Origin: Alphaproteobacteria bacterium
Lineage (GTDB): Bacteria; Pseudomonadota; Alphaproteobacteria; MPNO01
Assembly: GCA_964291675.2 (NCBI GenBank)
Contig: OZ219866.1
Location: forward strand, 576,001 to 640,000
Reading direction: 5' to 3'
Length of the DNA stretch: 64,000 nucleotides
Shown here: piece by piece, positions 1-7,938 of the stretch
Position numbering within the stretch: the first letter of the stretch is position 1
Layout of the letters: the number at the start of each line of letters is the position of its first letter
Made by a program: the position numbers and the translations under genes
Notes under the pieces: model-generated
The model's database searches: none
Seen by the model: only the letters and a program-made list of their open reading frames with translations
What the model was told of the DNA's origin: nothing

Positions 1-2805
1 TTCGTAAGCCCCGTCGGTCAGCACGCCGAGCACCCGGCGGACGCATTCCTCGGCGTTGTCCTGGACGTGCTTCATATAGGCGTGGACCACGTCGAGCCCG
101 AAATGGGCGACCATCTTGCGGAGCTCCTGGACGCCCTTCTCGTTGCCCGCGATATGCGCCTTGAGGTCGGCGAGGTTGTTCTTGAAGTTGCGCGTCGGGT
201 ACGGCGCGCCGGTGAACAGCGCCTCGGTCTCCTTCTCCAGCAGCCGCCCGCCCGAGACCAGCTGGAAGTTGTCGATCAGCACGCCTTCCTCGTCGATATG
301 CGTGGAATCGGGCGGCACCGAGCCCGGCGTGGTGCCGCCGATATCGGCGTGGTGGCCGCGCGCGGCGACCCAGAACAGGATGTCGTTGCCGGCCTCGTCG
401 AATACCGGGGTGATCACCGTCACGTCGGGCAGATGGGTGCCGCCGTTATAGGGCGTGTTCAGCATGAACACGTCGCCCGGGACGATGGTGCCGGCGCGCT
501 GCTCGGCCACGGTCCGCACGCTCTCGCTCATCGAGCCGAGATGGACCGGGATGTGCGGCGCGTTGGCGACCAGGCTGCCATCGGGCCCGAAGATCGCGCA
601 GGAGAAGTCGAGCCGCTCCTTGATGTTCACCGAATACGAGGTGTTCTGCAGCACCACCCCCATCTGCTCGGCGATCGACATGAAGAGGTTGTTGAACACC
701 TCCAGCATCACCGGATCGACCTCGGTGCCGACCGAGGCCTGACCCGGCCTGGGCACGACGCGGTTGAGGATCATCTGGTCGAACCGGTTGATCTCGGCCG
801 CCCAGCCGGGCTCGACCACGGTGGTCGCGTTGGCCTCGATGATCACCGCGGGGCCGCTCACCTTGCAGCCGGGCTTCATCGCCTGCCGGTCGTAGAGCCG
901 GGTCGCGCGGCTCTCGCCCGCCATGTAGGTCTCGACCTCGTCGACCGGCGGCGGCGCCTCGGCGGCGCCGGTCTCGAGCGCCGGATCGACCACGTCGGGC
1001 GCGCCCGCGATCACCTCGACGGTGACCGCCTCGACGATGTGGTTCTTCTCCGGCGCGATGAAGCCGTATTGCAGGTGATGCGCCGCCTCGAACTCGGCGA
1101 CGATGCTCTTGCGGTCGGCGAAGTCGACGATCAGCGGCGAATCCGTCCCCTCGTAGCGCAGATGCACCTTGCGCAGCGCGTAGGTGCGCGCGGGGTCGCC
1201 GCCCTGGCGCGCCATCTCGGTGCGGCCCTCGCCCTCCATCCCGTCGAGCGTCTTGCCGACGTCTTCCAGCAGCGCATCGTCGAGGATCGCCTCGACGGCG
1301 CGCTCGCGCATCACCCGAAGGTCGGCGAGCCCCATGCCGTAGGCCGAAAGCACGCCGGCGAAGGGGTGGATGAACACGCGGCCGATGCCGAGCGAGTCGG
1401 CGACCAGGCAGGCGTGCTGCCCGCCCGCCCCGCCGAAGCAGTTGAGCGTGTAGCCGGTCACGTCGTGGCCGCGCTGGATCGAGATCTGCTTGATCGCCTT
1501 GGCCATGTTCTCGACCGCGATCATCAGGAAGCCGTCGGCGACCTCGACCGGGGAGCGTGCATCGCCGGTCTCGCGCTCGATCTCGGCGGCCAGCGCCGCG
1601 AACTTTTGGCGCACCGCGTCTTCGTCGAGCGGCTCGTCGGCGCCCGGGCCGAACACCCTGGGGAAGAAGCTCGCGCGGATCTTGCCCACCATCACGTTGG
1701 CGTCGGTCACGCAGAGCGGCCCGCCCCTGCGGTAGCAGGCCGGGCCCGGGTTGGCGCCCGCCGAGTCCGGGCCGACCCGGTAGCGCGTGCCGTCGAAATG
1801 GAGGATCGAGCCGCCGCCGGCGGCAACCGTGTGGATCTGCATCATCGGCGCGCGCATGCGCACCCCGGCGACCAGGGTCTCGAAGGAGCGCTCGTACTCG
1901 CCGTCGTAATGCGCAACGTCGGTCGAGGTGCCGCCCATGTCGAAGCTGACGATCTTGTCGTAGCCCGCCATCGCCGACGTCCTGACGGCGCCGACGATGC
2001 CGCCCGCCGGACCCGACAGGATGCTGTCCTTGCCGCGGAAGAAGCGCGCATCCGCGAGCCCGCCGTTCGACTGCATGAACATCAGCCGGGTCTCGCCGAG
2101 CTCCTGTCGGATGCGGTCGACATAGCGCCTGAGGATGGGCGAGACATAGGCGTCGACGACGGTGGTGTCGCCGCGCCCGACCAGCTTCATCAGCGGGCTC
2201 ACCTCGTGCGAGACCGAGATTTGGCTGAAGCCCACCTCGCGGGCGAGCCTCGCTACCTGGATCTCGTGGTCGTGGTGGCGGTAGCCGTGCACGAACACCA
2301 CCGCGACCGACTCGATGCCGTCGCGCTTGGCCTGCTCCAGCGCCTCGCGGGCGCCGTCGAGATCGACCGGCACCAGGACGTCTCCGTCGGCCGAACAGCG
2401 CTCGTCGATCTCGATCACGCGCTCGTACAGCAGCTCCGGCAGCACGATATGCCGCGCGAAGAGCAGGGGACGGTTCTGGTAGCCGATACGGAGCGCGTCG
2501 CGGAACCCCCTGGTGATCAGCAGGACGGTGCGGTCGCCCTTGCGCTCCAGCAGCGCGTTGGTCGCGACCGTGGTTCCCATCTTGACCGTGTCCACGGCTT
2601 CGGCCGGGATCTCGGCCGCCGGATCGATTCCCAGCAGGTCGCGGATGCCCTGAAGCGCCGCGTCCTCGTAGCGCTCCGGGTTCTCCGACAGGAGCTTGTG
2701 GGTGACCAGCTCGCCGCCCGGTTTTTGCGCGACGAAGTCGGTAAACGTCCCGCCGCGGTCGATCCAGAACTGCCAGCGGCCGTTGCGCACAGAAGCATCG
2801 CTCAC
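1..2805 (-). CDS. Fused hydantoinase A/B / 5-oxoprolinase (ATP-hydrolysing); 3' end outside window
   Basis: Not in ORF track because it runs off the edge. Reverse strand from GTG at 2805 reads MSDASVRNGRWQFWIDRGGTFTD, later SFDMGGTSTDV, IHTVAAGGGS, EVFNNLFMSIAEQMG and SVNIKERLDFSCA. Confidence 0.92.
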   Translation of the reverse strand, partial: MSDASVRNGRWQFWIDRGGTFTDFVAQKPGGELVTHKLLSENPERYEDAALQGIRDLLGIDPAAEIPAEAVDTVKMGTTVATNALLERKGDRTVLLITRGFRDALRIGYQNRPLLFARHIVLPELLYERVIEIDERCSADGDVLVPVDLDGAREALEQAKRDGIESVAVVFVHGYRHHDHEIQVARLAREVGFSQISVSHEVSPLMKLVGRGDTTVVDAYVSPILRRYVDRIRQELGETRLMFMQSNGGLADARFFRGKDSILSGPAGGIVGAVRTSAMAGYDKIVSFDMGGTSTDVAHYDGEYERSFETLVAGVRMRAPMMQIHTVAAGGGSILHFDGTRYRVGPDSAGANPGPACYRRGGPLCVTDANVMVGKIRASFFPRVFGPGADEPLDEDAVRQKFAALAAEIERETGDARSPVEVADGFLMIAVENMAKAIKQISIQRGHDVTGYTLNCFGGAGGQHACLVADSLGIGRVFIHPFAGVLSAYGMGLADLRVMRERAVEAILDDALLEDVGKTLDGMEGEGRTEMARQGGDPARTYALRKVHLRYEGTDSPLIVDFADRKSIVAEFEAAHHLQYGFIAPEKNHIVEAVTVEVIAGAPDVVDPALETGAAEAPPPVDEVETYMAGESRATRLYDRQAMKPGCKVSGPAVIIEANATTVVEPGWAAEINRFDQMILNRVVPRPGQASVGTEVDPVMLEVFNNLFMSIAEQMGVVLQNTSYSVNIKERLDFSCAIFGPDGSLVANAPHIPVHLGSMSESVRTVAEQRAGTIVPGDVFMLNTPYNGGTHLPDVTVITPVFDEAGNDILFWVAARGHHADIGGTTPGSVPPDSTHIDEEGVLIDNFQLVSGGRLLEKETEALFTGAPYPTRNFKNNLADLKAHIAGNEKGVQELRKMVAHFGLDVVHAYMKHVQDNAEECVRRVLGVLTDGAYE

Positions 2806-2996
2806 GTCGGCACCCCATCCCCGTATTGCGGTCCTGAACCGGCATAAGCCGCGGGCTTCGCGCGAGCCCACGGCGCCGCGGCGCCGTTCCGCTTCCGGCC
2901 GTCCGCGATTACCCGGTCTGATACTATCTTTGCCGCGATGATACAATTTCCCCGCCGCGGACGCGAAGCGGGCGGAGCAGGGTTGTCGGGGGCATC

Positions 2997-4313
2997 ATGG
3001 ACGACGCGAGGCAGACGGCGCCAGGCGATCTCTGGGTCGATGCGGCGGCCGGCACGGTGAGCCGCGCGGCCTTCGTGAGCGACGACGTGTTCCGCCTCGA
3101 GCTCGACCGCATCTTTCACCGGCTCTGGGTCTTCCTCGCCCATGACAGCGAGATCCCCGGCCGGGGCGACTATGTGGTGCGCAGCATGGGCAGCGTGCCG
3201 GTGCTCGTCGTGCGCGGCTCCGACGGCGAGGTGCGCGTGCTGCTCAACTCGTGCCGCCATCGCGGCACCAAGCTGTGCCGGGGCGAGGCCGGCAACGCGC
3301 GCCACTTCGTCTGCCCCTATCACGGCTGGAGCTATGCGCTCGACGGCGGGCTGATCGCCACCGGCTACGAGGATCGCCTGCCGCCGGAGATGGACAAGGC
3401 GGATTGGGGGCTGGTGCCGGTGCCCCGGCTGGAAACCTACAAGGGGCTCGTCTTCGCCGCGTGGGATCCGGGCGTTCCCGCGCTCCGCGACTATCTCGGC
3501 GACATCGCCTGGTATCTCGACACGCTGTTCTGGCGCTCGCCGCGCGGGATGGAGGTGCTTGCCCCGCCGCATCGCTGGCGCGTGCGGGCCAACTGGAAGA
3601 GCGGCGCGCTCAACTTCATCGGCGACAGCCAGCACGTGCGCACCACCCATGCCGGTCCGATCACGCTCGACCGGGTGCGCTCGGAGAAGGACGGCTTCTA
3701 CGTGACCGGCGGGGACAGCTTCCAGGTCGTTACCGATCAGGGCCATGGCTGCACCCTCACCTACCTCGCCCCCGGCATGAAGGAGGAGAATTACCTAACC
3801 CACCCGCCGGCGCTCGGCGCGGCCTATGCGGAGACGCTGAGCGCGGACCAGCTCGCGATGCTGCACCACCTCAGGGTCTTCGTCGGCAACGTGTTTCCCA
3901 ATTTCTCGTTCATCGAGTCCCAGGTCGCGCTCGGCGAGAAGGCGGTCATCGTCCGCCAGTGGCAGCCGCTCGGCGGCACCGAGATGGAGGTGCTCAGCTG
4001 GGTGCTGGCCGAGCGCGAGGCCGACGACGGCTACAAGCAGCGCGCGCTCAGGCACGGCTTCCACAATTTCGGCGCGGCGGGGGTGTTCGAGCAGGACGAT
4101 CTGGAGATCTGGGCCTCGGCGACCCAGGCGAGCGACAACCCGATCGCGCAGCGCTACCCCTACAGCTTCCATTCGAGCCTTCCCTTCGACCGGTCGCCCT
4201 GCGCGTCGGGGACGCGGCCGGGAATCACCTATCGGCGCTCCGATACCGAGGTCGCGCAGTTCGCCTTCATGCGGCACTGGCAGGCGGCCATGGGTTCCCC
4301 CGACCGGGCATGA
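2997..4313 (+). CDS. Aromatic ring-hydroxylating dioxygenase alpha subunit (Rieske)
   Basis: Rieske CRHRG...CPYHGW; mononuclear Fe region NFIGDSQH...TH and EQDD. Confidence 0.93.
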   Translation: MDDARQTAPGDLWVDAAAGTVSRAAFVSDDVFRLELDRIFHRLWVFLAHDSEIPGRGDYVVRSMGSVPVLVVRGSDGEVRVLLNSCRHRGTKLCRGEAGNARHFVCPYHGWSYALDGGLIATGYEDRLPPEMDKADWGLVPVPRLETYKGLVFAAWDPGVPALRDYLGDIAWYLDTLFWRSPRGMEVLAPPHRWRVRANWKSGALNFIGDSQHVRTTHAGPITLDRVRSEKDGFYVTGGDSFQVVTDQGHGCTLTYLAPGMKEENYLTHPPALGAAYAETLSADQLAMLHHLRVFVGNVFPNFSFIESQVALGEKAVIVRQWQPLGGTEMEVLSWVLAEREADDGYKQRALRHGFHNFGAAGVFEQDDLEIWASATQASDNPIAQRYPYSFHSSLPFDRSPCASGTRPGITYRRSDTEVAQFAFMRHWQAAMGSPDRA

Positions 4314-4831
4314 CCGGCGATCCACCCGCCATCGCTTCGGACGATGCGGCGTTCGTCGAGGTGCTGCGCTTTCTCCATCGCGAAGCCGCGCTGCTCGACG
4401 GCCGCGACTACGACGCCTGGCTCGGCCTGCTGACCGGCGACATCCGCTATGTCGTGACCGCCCGCGTCTCGCGCCCGGCCGAGCAGGGGCCGCTCGACAC
4501 CGCCATCGTCGACGAGGACGCGGACACGCTCAGGCTGCGGGTCCGCCAGATCGCGGATCCGAAGCTCACCTGGGCCGAGAACCCGGCGACGCTGACGCGG
4601 CGCTTCGTCTCGAATCTCGAAGTCGAGGATGCGGACCCCCCGAACCGCCATGTCGCGTACAGCAACCTGCTGGTCTACCGGCAGCGCGGGACGGCGCCCG
4701 ACGGCGACTTCTACGCCGGACGCCGGAGGGACGTGCTGCGGCGCGTCGGCGGGTCGCTGCAAATTGCCGACCGCCTGGTCCGGCTCGACCACAACGTCCT
4801 GTTCGACGGATCGCTCAGCATCGTTCTCTAG
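4310..4831 (+). CDS. Aromatic ring-hydroxylating dioxygenase beta subunit
   Basis: ATGA overlap with alpha stop; FLHREAALLD...WL, WAENP..TRRFVSN, GRRRDVLRR motifs. Confidence 0.9.
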   Translation: MTGDPPAIASDDAAFVEVLRFLHREAALLDGRDYDAWLGLLTGDIRYVVTARVSRPAEQGPLDTAIVDEDADTLRLRVRQIADPKLTWAENPATLTRRFVSNLEVEDADPPNRHVAYSNLLVYRQRGTAPDGDFYAGRRRDVLRRVGGSLQIADRLVRLDHNVLFDGSLSIVL

Positions 4832-4884
4832 CCGCACCCGCCGTGGCATAGTCCGGTCCGGGATACCCGTTGGGAGGAACCGTC

Positions 4885-5988
4885 ATGCCGGCCATCGACT
4901 ACGCCGGGGCGCCCGCCCCGGTGCGCGCGGACATCGCCGCCGCGCATGACCGCGCTTGGCGGCGGATCGCCCGCCCGGGAACCTGGCATTCGGGAGAGAC
5001 CCGGGTGCGCATCGCGGCGGAGACCCGGAACGCGCGGAACTGCCGGCTTTGCGCCGCCCGCAAGGCGGCGCTCTCGCCCTATTCGGTGGCGGGCGAACAC
5101 GACAGCCTGGGCGACCTCCCCGACCTCCTGGTCGACGCCATCCACCGGATCGCCACCGATCCCGGACGGCTCACGCGAAAGTGGTACCGGGGCCTGCTCG
5201 ACGACGGCCTTGCCGACGCCGAGTACGTGGAGACTGTGGGCGTCGTCTGCACCACGATATCGGTCGACACGTTCGCCCGCGCGATGGGCATGGATCCGTT
5301 GCCGCTGCCGGAGCCGGTGGCGGGCGAGCCCATCCGCGTCCGCCCGGCGAGCGCGTCCCAGGGCGCGGCCTGGGTGCCGTGGATCGCGCCCGGCGACGCG
5401 GCGGATGACGAGCTCGACATGTTCAGCCCGGAGCACGCGAATATCCACCGGGCGATGAGCCTGGTGCCCGCCGAGGCGCGCGGCTTCTTCGACCTGGTCG
5501 AGACCCAGTACCTCCAGCGCCATCAGATGCGCGATTTCGACAGGGAGTTCCGCGCCATCACCCACGCGCAGATCGAGCTGATCGCGGGCCGGATATCCGC
5601 GATCAACCAATGCGTCTACTGAACCACCAGCCATGCCCTGCTGCTCCGTGCGAGCGGCGAGCACAAGGGTCAGGCGATCGATCTCGACGCGGTCATCGGC
5701 AAGGCCGGCGGCGACGGCGGCATCCCGAACGGCGCCGTCCTGGCGGGTTTCGCGGAGGCGGTGGTGGGCGAGGACGGGAAAAATCTGGCCGAGACCCGCA
5801 GCGCCGTCGTCGACGCGCTGGGGGAAGAGGCGCTGGTGGATTCCTGCGGCGTGGCGGCGACCTTCAACGCGATCGACAGGGTTGCGGACGCGACCGGCAT
5901 TCCGATCGACGAGAAGCGGATCGCGGTGACCGCGGACCTCCGCGACCGGCTCGGCATCGACCGCTTCCCGTCGCGGATGCAGGACTAG
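4885..5988 (+). CDS. AhpD/CMD-like protein, probable selenoprotein (in-frame UGA 5620-5622, CxxU)
   Basis: GGAGG RBS then ATG 4885; ...IELIAGRISAINQCVY-UGA-TTSHALLLRASG... continues open in frame to TAG 5986-5988, joining track ORFs 4870..5622 and 5761..5988; SECIS-like hairpin after the UGA. Confidence 0.8.
5620..5670 (+). promoter_or_regulatory. Putative bacterial SECIS element
   Basis: Stem GCTGCTC (5640-5646) / GAGCGGC (5652-5658) with loop CGTGC; 24 nt between UGA and loop; G second in loop. Confidence 0.65.
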
Positions 5989-6470
5989 CCCGGCTCGTCG
6001 ACGGCGATCGGAACCCCCGAGGCGTTCTTCGAGCTGCGCACGGCGAGCGCCGACTTGACCACGCTGACATTGGGCGCGGCGGTGAGCCGCGTCGTCAGAA
6101 ATCGCTGATAGGCGTCCCAGTCGGTCGCCACGATCTTGAGCAGGAAATCGGTCTCCCCGGCCAGCATGTGGCACTCGCGGACCTCGGGCCAGGACTCGAT
6201 CAGCGCTTCGAACGCGGTGAGGTCGGGTTCGGCTTGGCTGTGCAGCCCGACATTGGCGAACACCGTCACGCCGAAGCCGAGCGCCTCGGGATCAATCTCC
6301 GCGTGATAGCCGAGGATGCAGCCGGTCTCCTCCAGCGCCCGCACCCGGCGCAGGCAGGGCGGCGGCGAGATGCCGGCGCGGCGCGCGAGCTCGACATTGG
6401 TCATGCGCCCTTCCTCCTGGAGGTCGCGCAGAATGCGAAGATCGATGCGGTCCAGCTTGACCCGGGCCAT
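5985..6470 (-). CDS. Lrp/AsnC family transcriptional regulator
   Basis: LDRIDLRILRDLQEEGRMTNVELARRAGISPPPCLRRVRALE HTH; ECHMLAGETDFLLK. Confidence 0.95.
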   Translation of the reverse strand: MARVKLDRIDLRILRDLQEEGRMTNVELARRAGISPPPCLRRVRALEETGCILGYHAEIDPEALGFGVTVFANVGLHSQAEPDLTAFEALIESWPEVRECHMLAGETDFLLKIVATDWDAYQRFLTTRLTAAPNVSVVKSALAVRSSKNASGVPIAVDEPG

Positions 6471-6506
6471 GGAAGTCTCTCCATGTCGATGGCGGCTTCG
6501 CCTGGC

Positions 6507-6538
6507 GCAATTATATTAGCCACATCGGCAATTATATT
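6507..6538. promoter_or_regulatory. Direct repeat GCAATTATATT x2, likely regulator sites in lrp/trxB divergent region
   Basis: Identical 11-mers at 6507-6517 and 6528-6538, 21 bp apart, AT-rich in a GC-rich background. Confidence 0.55.
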
Positions 6539-6641
6539 TCAACCAAAAGCCCGGGCGGCGCGGCCGACGGATGGCTGGAAATCGCGGCGGCAAGTTTCTA
6601 ATTTGCCGCCTGCCTGAACGCTGCGCCGGAGCGGGTTGCCC

Positions 6642-7598
6642 ATGTCCCAGACACGTCACGCCAAGGTCCTGATCGTCGGCTCCGGGCCGGCCGGCTACAC
6701 GGCCGCGGTCTACGCGGCCAGGGCGGCGCTCGACCCGGTCCTGGTCACCGGGATCGAGGTCGGCGGGCAGATGTCCATCACCACCGATGTCGAGAACTAT
6801 CCGGGTTTCGCCGACGTCATCCAGGGGCCGTGGCTGATGGAGCAGATGCACCGCCAGGCGGAGAACGTCGGCACCGCCATGATCCACGACCTGATCGCCG
6901 AGGTCGACCTGTCGTGCCGGCCGTTCCGCTGCACCGGCGACGGCGGCGACGTCTATCTCGCCGACACCCTGATCGTGTCGACCGGCGCCCAGGCGCGCTG
7001 GCTCGGCCTCGCCAGCGAGGCGGCGTTCCAGGGTTTCGGGGTCTCGGCCTGCGCCACCTGCGACGGCTTCTTCTTCCGCGGCCGGGATGTCGCGGTCGTC
7101 GGCGGCGGCAACACCGCGGTGGAAGAAGCGCTCTACCTCACCAACCATGCCTCCAGCGTGACCCTGATCCACCGCCGCGGCGCGCTGCGGGCGGAGAAGA
7201 TCCTGCAGCAGCGCCTGTTCGCGAACGACAGGATCGACGTGGTCTGGAATACGGTGGTCGAAGACGTGCTCGGCACCGAGGACCCCAGGGAGGTTACCGG
7301 GCTCAGGCTGCGCGACGTGGCGTCGGGTGGGCTGTCCGAGCGCAAGGTGGCCGGGCTGTTCGTCGCCATCGGCCACGACCCGGCGACCGGGCTGTTCCGC
7401 GGCCAGATCGACATGGACGCGGACGGCTATATCCGGACCGCCGCCGATTCGACGGCGACCAGCGTGCCGGGCGTGTTTGCCGCCGGCGACGTGCAGGACA
7501 AGATCTACCGCCAGGCGGTCACCGCCGCCGGCAGCGGCTGCATGGCGGCGCTGGAAGCGGAGAAGTTCATTGCCGAGCACGCCGCCGCCGCGGAATAA
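6642..7598 (+). CDS. trxB: Thioredoxin-disulfide reductase
   Basis: [41 protein letters not shown]...QAVTAAG. Confidence 0.97.
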   Translation: MSQTRHAKVLIVGSGPAGYTAAVYAARAALDPVLVTGIEVGGQMSITTDVENYPGFADVIQGPWLMEQMHRQAENVGTAMIHDLIAEVDLSCRPFRCTGDGGDVYLADTLIVSTGAQARWLGLASEAAFQGFGVSACATCDGFFFRGRDVAVVGGGNTAVEEALYLTNHASSVTLIHRRGALRAEKILQQRLFANDRIDVVWNTVVEDVLGTEDPREVTGLRLRDVASGGLSERKVAGLFVAIGHDPATGLFRGQIDMDADGYIRTAADSTATSVPGVFAAGDVQDKIYRQAVTAAGSGCMAALEAEKFIAEHAAAAE

Positions 7599-7616
7599 GC
7601 GGTCGACCGGCTGGAT

Positions 7617-7635
7617 CTATGCGCTTGTTGCATAG
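7617..7635. promoter_or_regulatory. Inverted repeat CTATGC-N7-GCATAG (LysR-type T-N11-A box)
   Basis: Dyad just after trxB stop, upstream of TATAGT (7654-7659) and the putative sRNA. Confidence 0.45.
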
Positions 7636-7750
7636 GTGAGTTGTGATAACGGGTATAGTACCGGGCCGCAAGAAGGACCATTTCCCGTTTATCGCAGGGC
7701 GAGGCGGCGGCTGCACGCTCTCGGGGCTCAATCGCCGTGTCGCCGATGCG

Positions 7751-7857
7751 TTCGGGCGCACAGTAGCGCCCGAAAGGGTCTTCGGACCCTACGTCTCCCA
7801 GACGTGAAGCCTCCCTGTTATACTGGCCCGGAAATCCTCGATTTCCGGGCCTTTTTT
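7751..7857 (+). ncRNA. Putative trans-acting sRNA with anti-Shine-Dalgarno motifs (AbcR/MmgR-like architecture); 5' end uncertain
   Basis: Four consecutive hairpins: 7751-7774; 7775-7790 with cUUCGg loop; 7791-7805 exposing CUCCCA; single-stranded CCUCCCUG linker; terminator 7825-7857. Confidence 0.7.
7825..7857 (+). terminator. Rho-independent terminator
   Basis: GGCCCGGAAATC-ctc-GATTTCCGGGCC followed by TTTTTT. Confidence 0.9.
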
Positions 7858-7938
7858 GCCCGCTTCGCCGTTCGATTGTCCGCCGGGCGGCGGCGGAGCG
7901 GTTTCGCCGGCCATCTTCGCCGGCGTGCCGGCGGGCGC

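Noticed and set aside
67-2847. 926-aa plus-strand ORF and 799-aa minus-strand ORF
   Set aside because: Shadow frames of the oxoprolinase gene, whose real frame runs off the window edge.
5610-5988. Treating 5761..5988 as a separate gene or the AhpD-like gene as a nonsense pseudogene
   Set aside because: The UGA falls on the motif Cys position with a SECIS-like hairpin, and there is no good independent start. A pseudogene remains possible if sel genes are absent.
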